A DNA stretch of 64,000 bases from Octopus sinensis (lineage: Eukaryota): contig NC_043020.1 of assembly GCF_006345805.1 (NCBI RefSeq), forward strand, positions 16,058,001-16,122,000, written 5' to 3'. The position numbers and the translations under genes are program-made. Below are positions 50,986-64,000 of this stretch, in pieces; positions within the stretch are counted from its first letter, which is position 1, and each line of letters starts with the position of its first letter. The notes below the pieces were generated by a model. It made no database searches. It was not told the origin of the DNA and was given only the letters and a program-made list of their open reading frames with translations.

Positions 50986-51279
50986 TCTTTTATTAGCCAT
51001 AGAAGCATCAGATCTCTAATCTTCATATTCTTATGAAGGACGTATGTTTTTATCAGGATACGGCATAGTGAGGAGGCTGTGTGTGTGTTGATTGCCAGAG
51101 TCTACAAATTGACGTTGCAAAACAGCACCATCCCTTTTACTCTAATTGCATGGTATCTGCCATTCTTGTGAGAATAAACTGAGTGGATGGCATTTATTGC
51201 ACTAGAGAGTTCATGACTTCTGGAGAGGTCTGACGATATTTGTACAACATGGAGAGTAGGAGGAGAGATGGGTGGAGAC

Positions 51280-53060
<1,781 letters not shown>

Positions 53061-54369
53061 GTCATTGTGTTCAATGAACGGACGTCTTTAAACACATCTC
53101 TGAAGAAAAATTGGATTTATCACATTTTACTTGATGAGAAATTACTTTTTGGTTTTAGGTAATCTTGCAAATGGAAGTCTCTGGAACATTCGTGTGTCCA
53201 CCCCATTATCGTGGGTTGAGGAAAATGTTTCACTTTGGACATTTAATAATTTTTCTATATTTTTGCAAAATATTTTTTATGGATGAGTCAATATAGCTTC
53301 TAGGAAGTGGTAGTGAGGTGCTAGCCACAAATGAAGTAGCAATGGATAAGCCCAACCCCCTACATGGAAAATTTTGTGAACAAAAACAGATACTAAAGTG
53401 AAAGATAAACAGAAAAAAACAATCCACTGTTGATCACACAAACGAAATACTTTAACAAATACAAAAGTTGTGTTAGTTTTAATAACATTAATAACAAATG
53501 AAACAACTTCAGTTTTGCTAGAAATCAGATGTAGCCAATCTTGGTGAAAAGATAATGTGGCAGTGGTGCATTACATAAACAAGTACCCAGCTGCTCAATA
53601 AATTTATTGGGAAAGAGCATGGAGGATAGTGACACTTTTGTGCTTTTTTTTTTGAAAAAGAAATTATTTTTATCTAGGCACAGGTATGGCATAGGCATAG
53701 GCGTGGCTCTATGCCAAGAACTCTGCTTCATAATCCCATGGTCACAGGTTCAGGCCCACTGGATGTCACCCTGCATGTATGTCTTTCTACTATAACCTTG
53801 GGCCAACCAAAACTTTATGAGTGGATTTGGTAGATGGAAACTGAAAGGAGTCTGTAATATATACTTATGTATAAATGTGTGTGTTTGCGTGTGTGTGTGC
53901 ATGTGTGTGTGTGTGTGTGTGCATGTGTGTGTGTGCATGTGTGTGTGTGTGCATGTCTGTGGGTGGGTGTGTCTGTGTGTGTGTGTGCATGTGTGTGCAT
54001 GTATGTGCGTATCACTATCTTCTTGCTTTGAATTCATGGGATAGTTGTAAAATAATCATCATCATCATTGTTCGACCGTGGTCGAGACAATGGAATTTAC
54101 CATGCTACACCAGACTTGGTCCATCATGGCATTGTAAAATAAATGTTACCATCATGCAAGTGAGGTCCTTTATTTTCAATCTTCTTAGAAAATAAATAAT
54201 GGGGTTGATTTGTTCAACAGAAATTCTTCAAGGTACTGCCCCAACATGGCTGTAGTCAAATGTCTGAAAGAAGTAAAAGACTAAAAGAAAAATGGTTGCA
54301 ACTTGGAAGTTGGTTTTCATCTCATTGACATATTTGCTGCATAATACGTGAAAGTGGTGAGCATAGAGG

Positions 54370-54700
54370 GAGCTATGTCTTTTGGTCCGATGTCACTTCA
54401 CCAAATCTTTTGGTCTGACATCACTTCATCAAATGTCTTTTTGTCTGACGTCACTTCATCAAATGTCTTTTCGTGTGACATCACTTCATCAAATGTCTTT
54501 CGTCCACGTCTTTTGGTCCAATGATTTTTTTTGTCCAACGACAAATCCTATCAATAAAATTCTCAATGATTATTTGATTTTGATGTTTACTTTGTTTTCT
54601 AAAGAGTTTATCTAAAATTGGACAAAAAGTTGTTGGACAAAAAAAATCATCAGACAAAAAGAAGTCGGACCAAAAGACATGGACGAAGTGACATTGGGTC
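54370..54700. mobile_element. Non-autonomous DNA transposon with 30-bp tandem and inverted 15-bp subterminal repeats
   Basis: TCACTTCATCAAATGTCTTTT..TCTGAC repeated 3-4 times on the left, GGACxAAA repeats on the right. Core shared with 14500-14712. Confidence 0.65.
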
Positions 54701-55944
54701 ATGCGCATAGGGAAATGCTCAACAACATCACATTTCCGTAGGCTACTTGAACACCTTGGAATTGCACCTCATTATGTGAGCAAAGTGTGGAGGTGCATGG
54801 CTCAGTGGTTAGGGCATTGGACTCATGATTGTAAGATTGTGGTTTTGATTTATAGACCGGGTAAAGTCCACTCAGCTGGTAAAAATGAGAAAATCTGTAA
54901 CAGGAGAAATATATATATATATGGGGAGAGTTTACGAAAAAAATCAAAAGACGAAGACAGATGGTGTACAAAACAAACAGATGTATTAGTATAACACTCA
55001 GGAATAGAGAAAGTCGTTTACATTTTGAGCCTATGCTCTTCTACAGAAAAGGACACAGAAAAAACAAGGAGAGAAAAAATGTGTGTTGTGGCTAATGATC
55101 TATCATGGCACCTGGAATATATATATGCCAGGGTGGAATATATACACCAGAGAAACTGGGGAAGCTGGCTCTGTGCTCCTTACAGAGTAATGTGAACTAA
55201 CCATACATGTGAAGCCCAGTTGCTGCTATAGGGCTTATATTATTCTGAGGAAGAAAACTCACAGAGGGAAAACTGCTGCAGACAACTGCAGAGACTGCAA
55301 CAACAGGCCAAAAATTGTGCGCCAAGAACGATTTGCATCACTTTGAGGATAGAAGCAAAAGAAATCACCTCATTTTGTAGACTAGAAGCTGTTGACCAAG
55401 TTCAGCACCAAAAAGCCAAAAGTTTTCTCTCCCCCTGCACAGAGTCAATTGAAAAACATGGTATTTAGTGTCACAATGATGAGGTATTTAGTGCCTCATG
55501 ATGAGAGGAACAAAATTGATATGAAACTGTCAGAAAAAAAAACATGATGGCATATAAGATGAGTAAGACACAAGGAAAGGTCCATCTCCTAATGGCTACT
55601 GACTTACATTCTGGGTCCAATTAGATGGTCAATACTACAAGATCAAACCCTTTCTAAAATAACACAGTGATACTGCCTCCCATTCTGGCAGACGCAGAGA
55701 TGGGTACACCTCATAGGTACCAAGCAAAGGTCCATTTCATTAGTCCATGAGACTAATGAAATTCACAGTTCTTCAAATCATTAAAAAAACGAAGAGGCAG
55801 AGTTACTATATAATATGATAGAATAATAATAGAGCAAATTGGTGAGTTGGAGATGTGAGATGGAGCCCCACTGGTGTTCTTGATTGCATGATGAAGAAAA
55901 TTTTCTGAGTTTTCTCTTGGTTCTTTTTTTACTTGTTGTTTTAG

Positions 55945-56330
55945 GAGGAAGGGGCAGTACCCACAGCCTTCACAGGACCTTCCAGACTAGTGAGATTGAT
56001 GTTATTAATGTTCTTCTGGAACTTTTATTAGTGAACAACTACAGCGAAGACACGAGTAGGGAGGAAATTCCAGAGGGATGACACTCTGGGAAAAGAAGGA
56101 CTGAAAGTAATGATGAATATATGTGTATGTGATAGTGGGGGAGAAGGAATGGTGGAGGGGATGAGCTTGTTGGATATGATAAGAGTTTATAAGACATAAG
56201 ACGAGTGGTGGCAAATAAGGTGGGAATGCCTGCATATAAACAGCATGAGATCGGTCAAATTTGAGGAGCAGAGGCCATTATAGCGACTGTAGAAAAGAGG
56301 GAGGACCTGTTTTGCAGGCCTTGTGCATAT
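55945..56330 (-). pseudogene. Old CR1/L2/Jockey-group LINE ORF2 C-terminal remnant
   Basis: HHYFQSFFSQSV.(frameshift)LWNFLP...FQKNINNINL resembles the SFxPRxxxLWNxLP motif. Confidence 0.55.
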
Positions 56331-56852
56331 CATTCAGGTGTTTGCTGATTGGGATGGAACTTTTATTGAGTCAGGTTAGGTTAATCCACATTACTTCATA
56401 AGAAGCATAGGACCTGTATCTTGGTTTCTCTGGCATATATATTCCTCCCTGGATGGGACAGCAGTCCTATGCAGGATTACTCATCTTTACCAGCTGAGTG
56501 GACTGGAGCAATGCAAAATGAAGTGTTTTGCTCAAGAACCCAATGCATCATCCAATCCAGGAATTGAAACCACAATCCTACGATCATGAGTCCAATGTCC
56601 AAACCACTAAGTCATGCATCTCCACATTTTATTGAACCAGGCTTATGTTTTTTCATCTTGAAACTAATGTTTTCAGTAGCTGCATCACAGAACATATAAA
56701 GGAACTTGGACCTTAAAGAGGACCGTTTGTCATCAGTGCAAACTCATGAGATTGATGAGTACCTCATATGCTTTTGATTTGACCAAGAGCAACAAGAGCT
56801 ATTACAAATATTTGGATTTCTGAACTTGCAATAATTGAACATCTTGAGGTTC

Positions 56853-57285
56853 TTAACCCTTGAGAAGTTCAACCAACCCTATCTGGCCCAAGTATTGCAT
56901 TTGTTTTATGTTCAGGCTGACCAGGCCTGGCATCTCATGCCTACCCGACAATGTTAGTCTAAAAATGTACAATAGCAAAATTGAAATGTCAGTTATGAGA
57001 CAATTCAGGAGTAATTCAAAATCCTCTCTCTCTTTCGGAGAGGCATAAGTACCTACACGCACACACACACACGGCAGTAACTTCTGCCTGCCGAATTCAA
57101 TCACAAAGCTTTGGTCGGCTCGGGGCTATAGCGGAAGACACCTACCCAAAGTGCCACACAGTGGGACTGAACCCGAAACCATGTAGCTAGGAAGCAAGCT
57201 CCCTAACCACACAGCCATGCCCGCGTCTAATGTGAATAAATGAGTATTACGTTTGACAGAGTAATCTGAATGCTTAAAGGGTTAA
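56853..57285 (+). mobile_element. TTAA-type MITE with nested SINE A fragment
   Basis: TTAACCCTT...AAGGGGTTAA ends. Homologous to 5078-5990. Confidence 0.7.
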
Positions 57286-58113
57286 GGGATGAACTTGTAG
57301 CCTGGTCTTTGTTAGCCTCATGCAATGAACCGTAACCCTAACCCTAACCTCTTTGTACAGGTGAGTAGAACACTTTAAGCTCCATCCACCTGACTAAACT
57401 TGGCGGAATTTATATGATGCTAGAATTTGAACATAGGAAACATTAATGAGATTCTTCTTTGTTCTTCTGGAAAGTGATGTGGGTAATGGTAATGGTAAAG
57501 TCATGCTGTATACACAGAAAAAACCCCAAAAAACCCCAACTGGGTCCATTACTGTTAGTTTTCCTAACATCATGGTTCCTGATCACTCAGTTCCAATTTT
57601 AGTTTTTATCTCTTCTTCCTCATGCATTTAAATCCTCCATTAGGATGATTGTATTGCATCTGTGTATTAAGTACTATCTGATTGAATATTAGATGTGTTT
57701 AATCGGGTTATCAGATTACAGAGTTTTTGTAAAGGTACTCAGTAAAATAATGTAGCAACTCTCTCAAATATACACAGTCTGGAATACAAAGTGATATTAG
57801 CAGCTCACTGATGTCAGCTGGTGTTTCAGCCAGTTTAGAAAGAAAACTATTCCTTACATCAAAGCCAATGCCACCTCGGTGATGTCCAGTCTTGGGGTAA
57901 CTCTTTCAGAAGATGGTAAAGGAATAACTCTCACTCGCCATCCTCACTAAAAAAAAGATTCATTCTCCAAATAGTCCTGTCTCAATGACTGCAGCAAATA
58001 CAGGAATTTGGGGCTAAATTCGACAGTTTGCTTAAAAAGAAAAGCAAACACAATATCCCATCCAAAAATTCAAAAATTCAAAATAAAAACTAAAAAAAAA
58101 TATCAATTAGATA

Positions 58114-58319
58114 GGCATAGGAGTGGCTGTGTGGTAAGTAGCTTGCTAACAAACCACAGGATTCTGGGTTCAGTCCCACTGCATGCCACCTTGGGCAAGT
58201 GTCTTCTACTATAGCCTCGGGCCGACCAAAGCCTTGTGAGTGGATTTGGTAGACGGAAACTGAAAGAAACCTGTCGTATATATGTATATATATATATATG
58301 TATATATATATATGTATAT

Positions 58320-58377
<58 letters not shown>

Positions 58378-58565
58378 CATGTGTATATGTTTGTGTGTCT
58401 GTATTTGTCCTCCCAACTTCGCTCGACAACCGATGCTGGTGTGTTTACATCCCCATAGCTTAGCGGTTCGGCAAAAAAGAGACTGATAGAATAAGTACTA
58501 GGCTTACAAAGAATAAGTCCTGGGGTCAATTTGCTCGACTAAAGGCGGTGCTCCAGCATGGCCAC
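58114..58565 (+). mobile_element. tRNA-derived SINE family A
   Basis: Head, internal (TA)n and most of the 3' half. Confidence 0.9.
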
Positions 58566-59101
58566 TCATTTCCATAACCAATGGATTGCCAATATTCAGA
58601 CTAGTTCTCACTCGGTCTCGGCTACCATTGATTATTTCCCATCCCATGTTGCCAACACGTAGAGTTCCAACTAGGACCTTCCATCGCATTCAAACCAGCT
58701 CCCATTGTGAGATTCTCTGTTACGTCCAGACATCTTAGGGATCCAAGGTCGAAAGTTCACATGCAAAAGAAGACACCTGCACAATGAAATTTCATCTTGG
58801 AATGGTCAGTGCACATTTCCTTGTGTCTTCGCCATAAACGTGATACACACATACACATACACATAATCTAACACACACACACATACATATGCTTCCTTTC
58901 TCTTTCTCTCTCCCTCATACACACTCTGACACTCACCTATATACATACACATACATACACTCCAACATATTCACATACATACAATAACTCTTCGCTCATA
59001 CAATCTATTCCTCATACAAATACAGAAACTCATAAATTTAGACACAAATCTCTTACTTATACGCAGTGTTACTCTTCCTTTCTCATTCATGCATACACAA
59101 T

Positions 59102-59134
<33 letters not shown>

Positions 59135-59550
59135 ACACACATGCACACACACAGACACAGACACTAAGCAAAAATAATTTTCCTTTCAAAAGGCCAGATT
59201 AGATGAAGGTCATCTTTGACCAAGTGACTGCTGAAAGGTCAAGTAAAATAAAGGTCAATTTCAAGTCCATTTATCTCTCTTTCCTTTTATGTTTACACAG
59301 AGTTAAACAATTCTTGCTATTTCTGTCACCTCCCTACACGATCCACCACCACCTGCACCACCACCACCACCACCACCACCACCACCTGCCTCCTTTTATT
59401 GCTAGACATACTAGAAATAGCAGCCAAATCTCTCATAAATTATATTATACTCTGATCCAATCATCTCCTTACAAAACACCCTTTTTATTTAAACAAATTT
59501 CCTCCCACCAAAGAACACAAGATTTTAGGGAGGAAAACTGTTGTCTGCTC

Positions 59551-60281
59551 AACAAATTATAAGTAAGGGCAAAAGAAAAAATTTCTAATGCCAAAATATG
59601 CCGAAAATAGACACTACGTCAATAACCATGTAATTTATCACTACAAGCACATGTTTCGAAGAAAGCCAACAGAAATATCTAAAAAAATCCTGTTATTACC
59701 ATATCGAACCCGATTTCAGAGTTAGTTCGTAAGAACCTTCCTTTCATCAGTGATAAATGTGGCAAAGAAATATGTGAAATACTTACTTATACCCACGGAA
59801 GAAGTGAACACTAAGTCATGAGCACAATTAAGTACCCCAAATATATCCAAAATAGAAACTCTCTAGCACACCTCGGGACATGTGTGATTCGAACTGAAAA
59901 ACTCCCGTAAAGTGAGAGAGTCCGGAAGTGAACACTATTTAAATTAACATCTTATATAGGATAAAATTTTTCGAAAAAAATTCTAACAATGGCCAGCATA
60001 TTAAAAAATAGCTTTAAAGGTTAAATTTATAAACAATTTATAAGTAAGAAAAAAAATTCTAATGCCAAAATATGCCAAAAATAGACACAGGGAAGGTTCT
60101 TATGAACTAACTCTGATATCGGATCTGATATGGTAATAACGAGATGTTTTTAGAAATTTCTGTTGGCTTTCTTCAAAACACGTGCTTGTAGTGATAAATT
60201 ACATGGTTATTGACGTAGTGTCTATTTTCGGCATATTTTGGCATTAGAAATTTTTTCTTTTGCCCTTACTTATAAATTGTT
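59551..60281 (-). mobile_element. 481-bp hammerhead-containing monomer plus 57-bp redundancy plus inverted partial copy
   Basis: 59551-59613 repeats at 60032-60088. 60091-60281 is the reverse complement of 59551-59741. A further diverged inverted piece lies at about 60760-60895. Confidence 0.85.
59696..59756 (-). ncRNA. Type I hammerhead ribozyme (canonical CUGAUGA/GAAA core, AUA site)
   Basis: uuauca CUGAUGA aagg aa gguuc uuac gaacu aa cucu GAAA ucg gguu cga UA ugguaa. Confidence 0.78.
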
Positions 60282-61039
60282 AGGCAAGTGTAAACAAATC
60301 AAAATTGCTTACGTGGCTGATGACAGTACCACCTGATTGGCACTCATGCCAGTGGAACATTAAAAGCACATCCAAGCATGATTGTTGCCAGGGCCACGGA
60401 TTGGCTCCTATGCAGGTATCATGTAGAAACACCTTTTGAGTGTGGTCATTGCCAGAACCATCTGACTGGCCTTCATGCTGGTGGCACATAAAAGCACCCA
60501 CTATACCCTCGGAATGGTTGGTGTTAGAAAGGGCATACAGCTGTAGAAACTTTGCCAGATCAGATTGAGCCTGGTATAGCCTCTGGCTCACCAGTCCTCA
60601 GTCAAACTGTCCAACCCATGCCTGCATGGAAAGCGGACGTTAAACGATGATGATGATGATGATGATGATATATAAACAATTATAACTTGTTAGCTTACAT
60701 TCCTTGTTTCAACACACTGTGTATTTATAGAGAAATATTGTATGTTGTTAGACGATATAAAGTCTATTTTTTCAGCATATTGGCATAGAAGTTTTTTCTT
60801 TTGTTCTTAGTTATAATTGTTTATAATTTTCACCTTAAAAGGTATTATAATATGCTGGCCACTGACAAAATGTTTTGGAAAAAACTTTAATCCTTACATT
60901 AGAAGTACATTTATATGCACACACACACACACACACACATACACAGATGTTTACATACAAATATGCATATATATATATATAAAGAGAGAGAGACACACAC
61001 AGACAGACAACCAGGCAGGCTGGCAGGTAGGTAGGGAGG

Positions 61040-61500
<461 letters not shown>

Positions 61501-62099
61501 CTTCTTTCAGTTCCTACCTACCAAATCCATTTATAAGACTTTGGTTAGCTTCAGGCTCCAGTAGAAGACATTTTCCAAGGTACACCCGTAACACTGAACC
61601 TGGAACCATGTGGTTGGGAAGACAGCTTCCTTGCCATACAGCCATGCCTACACCTTCTAGTAATAACTATTTGATAATAAACCATAGGGAATATCTTGCC
61701 AACTCAATGGATTACAGAAATACTTGTTCTGTGATAAGGTTTTGATAGAGATTAAGGAATGCAGATTATGTATGATACATTGTCTTCTTCAGTTAATTAA
61801 TTAACTCAAGTCGAAATTCAAACTAACAACAACAACAGCAAGTATTCTGGATAACTGATAAATAATGGCTTTAGAGATTTTCCTGGATTTGTGTTTCAAT
61901 CAGAGTTAGAATAACAACCATTGCTGGCTTTTGGTGGGTGGTCTTCAATGATGACATCATTGGCACCGGTGGTAGTAGTGGTACTGCTAATTAACATCTG
62001 GTGTGTGGATCTTCTTTGAGCTCAGCATCTTCCTTACTGATTCTTGAATCGCTGTGGAAAATCTGTAGCAGTCAAAAGTAATTTAGCATGTCACAACTG

Positions 62100-62422
62100 A
62101 CTGGCACTCCGTCGGTTGTGACAAAGAGGGTTTCTAGTTGGTCCAATCAAGGAACAGTCAGCTCAGGAAATTAGCATGAAAGTGGCTGAATACTCCACAG
62201 ACTCATATACCTTTAATATAGTTCTGAAAGAGATTCAGCATGACATAGAATGTGACAAGGTTCGCCTTTAGGAATACAGGTGCAACTCACTTTAGCCAGT
62301 TGAGTGGATTGGAGCGACATGAAATAGTGTCTTGCTCAAGAACACAACACATCACTGGGTATTGAACACACAGCCTAACAATCACGAGCCAAATACCCTG
62401 TCCACTAAGCCATGTACCTTCA
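62100..62422 (-). mobile_element. tRNA-derived SINE family C
   Basis: Reverse complement of the 30929-31227-type sequence. Confidence 0.8.
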
Positions 62423-62671
62423 CCTACAACTGACTAGTAAAATACAAGTTGGGTGGGGTGGGGGTTGGTAATGTTTGTGCCTTGGATTGCATGAGCTGAG
62501 AGCTTTTGAGTACCATTGTCAAAAGTGGCATGAGTCTCCAATGTTCTGGCCAGATAGAACACCAGCTCTTCTGACCATTCCAGTAGCAGCATTGCTTAGA
62601 ATATACCCATAAAGATTCAGCAATGTCTGTGTTTGTGTTGTGTGTGTGTGTCATTGTGTCGGTGTTTGTGT

Positions 62672-62704
<33 letters not shown>

Positions 62705-63178
62705 CATTGTGCGAGTGTTTCTCCCTACCATCACTTGACAACCGATGCTGGTGTGTTTATGTCCCCATAACTTAGTGGTTCAGTAAAAGAGACCAATAGA
62801 ATAAGTACAAGGCTTTAAAAGAATAAGTTCTGGGATTGATTTGTTTAACTAAAATTGTTCAAGGTGATACCCCAGTATGGCCACAGTGTAACAACTGAAG
62901 CAAGAATATGAGATAAAAGATAATACTGTTCAAATTCACATGTTCTTGGTTGGCACATTTCCCTTCTGCATTCTCTCAACAACAAGATTGATGTCTTAGT
63001 GTCTCACAAAGATACCAGAAACCATTTTACACTGAACAATACTGGCCCAGAGATCAAGTTACATCTTGAGGGTGACATTGACCGACCTCTCACTGGAGTT
63101 CAATGAGGTCAAACATTGCAGATCTAATATTTCCTTTGAGTGCAAGTTCAGTTGTCTTCAATATTATTCATGCAAGCC

Positions 63179-63210
<32 letters not shown>

Positions 63211-63211
63211 G

Positions 63212-63254
<43 letters not shown>

Positions 63255-63258
63255 GTTA

Positions 63259-63339
<81 letters not shown>

Positions 63340-63395
63340 TACTATTATTGTTATTATTATTATTATTATTATTATTTATTATTATTATATTATTA

Positions 63396-63426
<31 letters not shown>

Positions 63427-63554
63427 CATTATTATTATTATTATATTATATTATTATTATTGTGTTATTATTATTATTATTTATTATTATTATTATTATA
63501 TTGTTATTGTTATTGTTATATTATTATTATATTATATTATTATTATTATTATTA

Positions 63555-63586
<32 letters not shown>

Positions 63587-63610
63587 TTATTATTATTATT
63601 ACTACTATTA

Positions 63611-63642
<32 letters not shown>

Positions 63643-63770
63643 TTGTTATTATTATTATTATTATTATTATCATTATTATTATTATTATTATTATTATATT
63701 ATTATTATTGTTATTGTTGTTATTATTATTATTATTATTGTTGTTGTTGTTATTATTATTATTATTATTA

Positions 63771-63814
<44 letters not shown>

Positions 63815-63830
63815 CATCATCATTATTATT
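63179..63830. repeat. (ATT)n microsatellite
   Basis: Direct reading. Confidence 0.95.
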
Positions 63831-64000
63831 CATTTTGTTCATCATGTACAGGTACATGTGCATTCATCATTATTTTATTTATTTTATTTGATTTTAGAAA
63901 AATTGGAGAATGTCTCACAATTCCAGAGCATGTTGAACTTATTTTAAGCATGAGTTTTGGCTGATCCTATACATACATATATACATACATACATACATAC

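Noticed and set aside
57333-57349. Interstitial telomere array
   Set aside because: There are only about three TAACCC units, too short to indicate telomere addition.
57801-57950. Short open frames that look protein-like (also 19533-19615, 53159-53298 and minus 61990-62062)
   Set aside because: Their lengths are expected by chance, splice signals are weak or inconsistent, and I recognise no family. RNA-seq would be needed.

Overview
This is repeat-saturated, AT-rich eukaryotic DNA. The SINE families, RTE and Dong/R4 LINEs and the microsatellite load point to an octopus genome (inference). I find no intact host protein-coding gene. Almost all listed ORFs are microsatellite read-throughs or transposon remnants, so the window looks intronic or intergenic. 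Recognisable contents are four tRNA-headed SINE families, many RTE-LINE 3' ends with (GAT)n tails, a decayed near-full-length Dong/R4 LINE in (TAA)n, an internally deleted Helitron with both termini, mariner/Tc1/pogo/piggyBac-type remnants and MITEs, and a U6 snRNA pseudogene fused to an RTE 3' end. The most interesting signal is a set of short non-coding elements lodged mostly in (TA)n/(AAT)n tracts. They carry type I hammerhead ribozymes (about 6 readable copies, with canonical, U3-A8, U4C and A6U cores). Two are about 480-545 bp monomers with short terminal redundancy, and several have inverted ends. Six diverged copies share a covarying multi-helix RNA motif, located about 100-150 nt downstream of the ribozyme where both are present, and most insertions end inside it. 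This looks like a Penelope-mobilised, retrozyme-like circular-RNA system. All folds and alignments were done by eye, and coordinates of decayed repeats are approximate.
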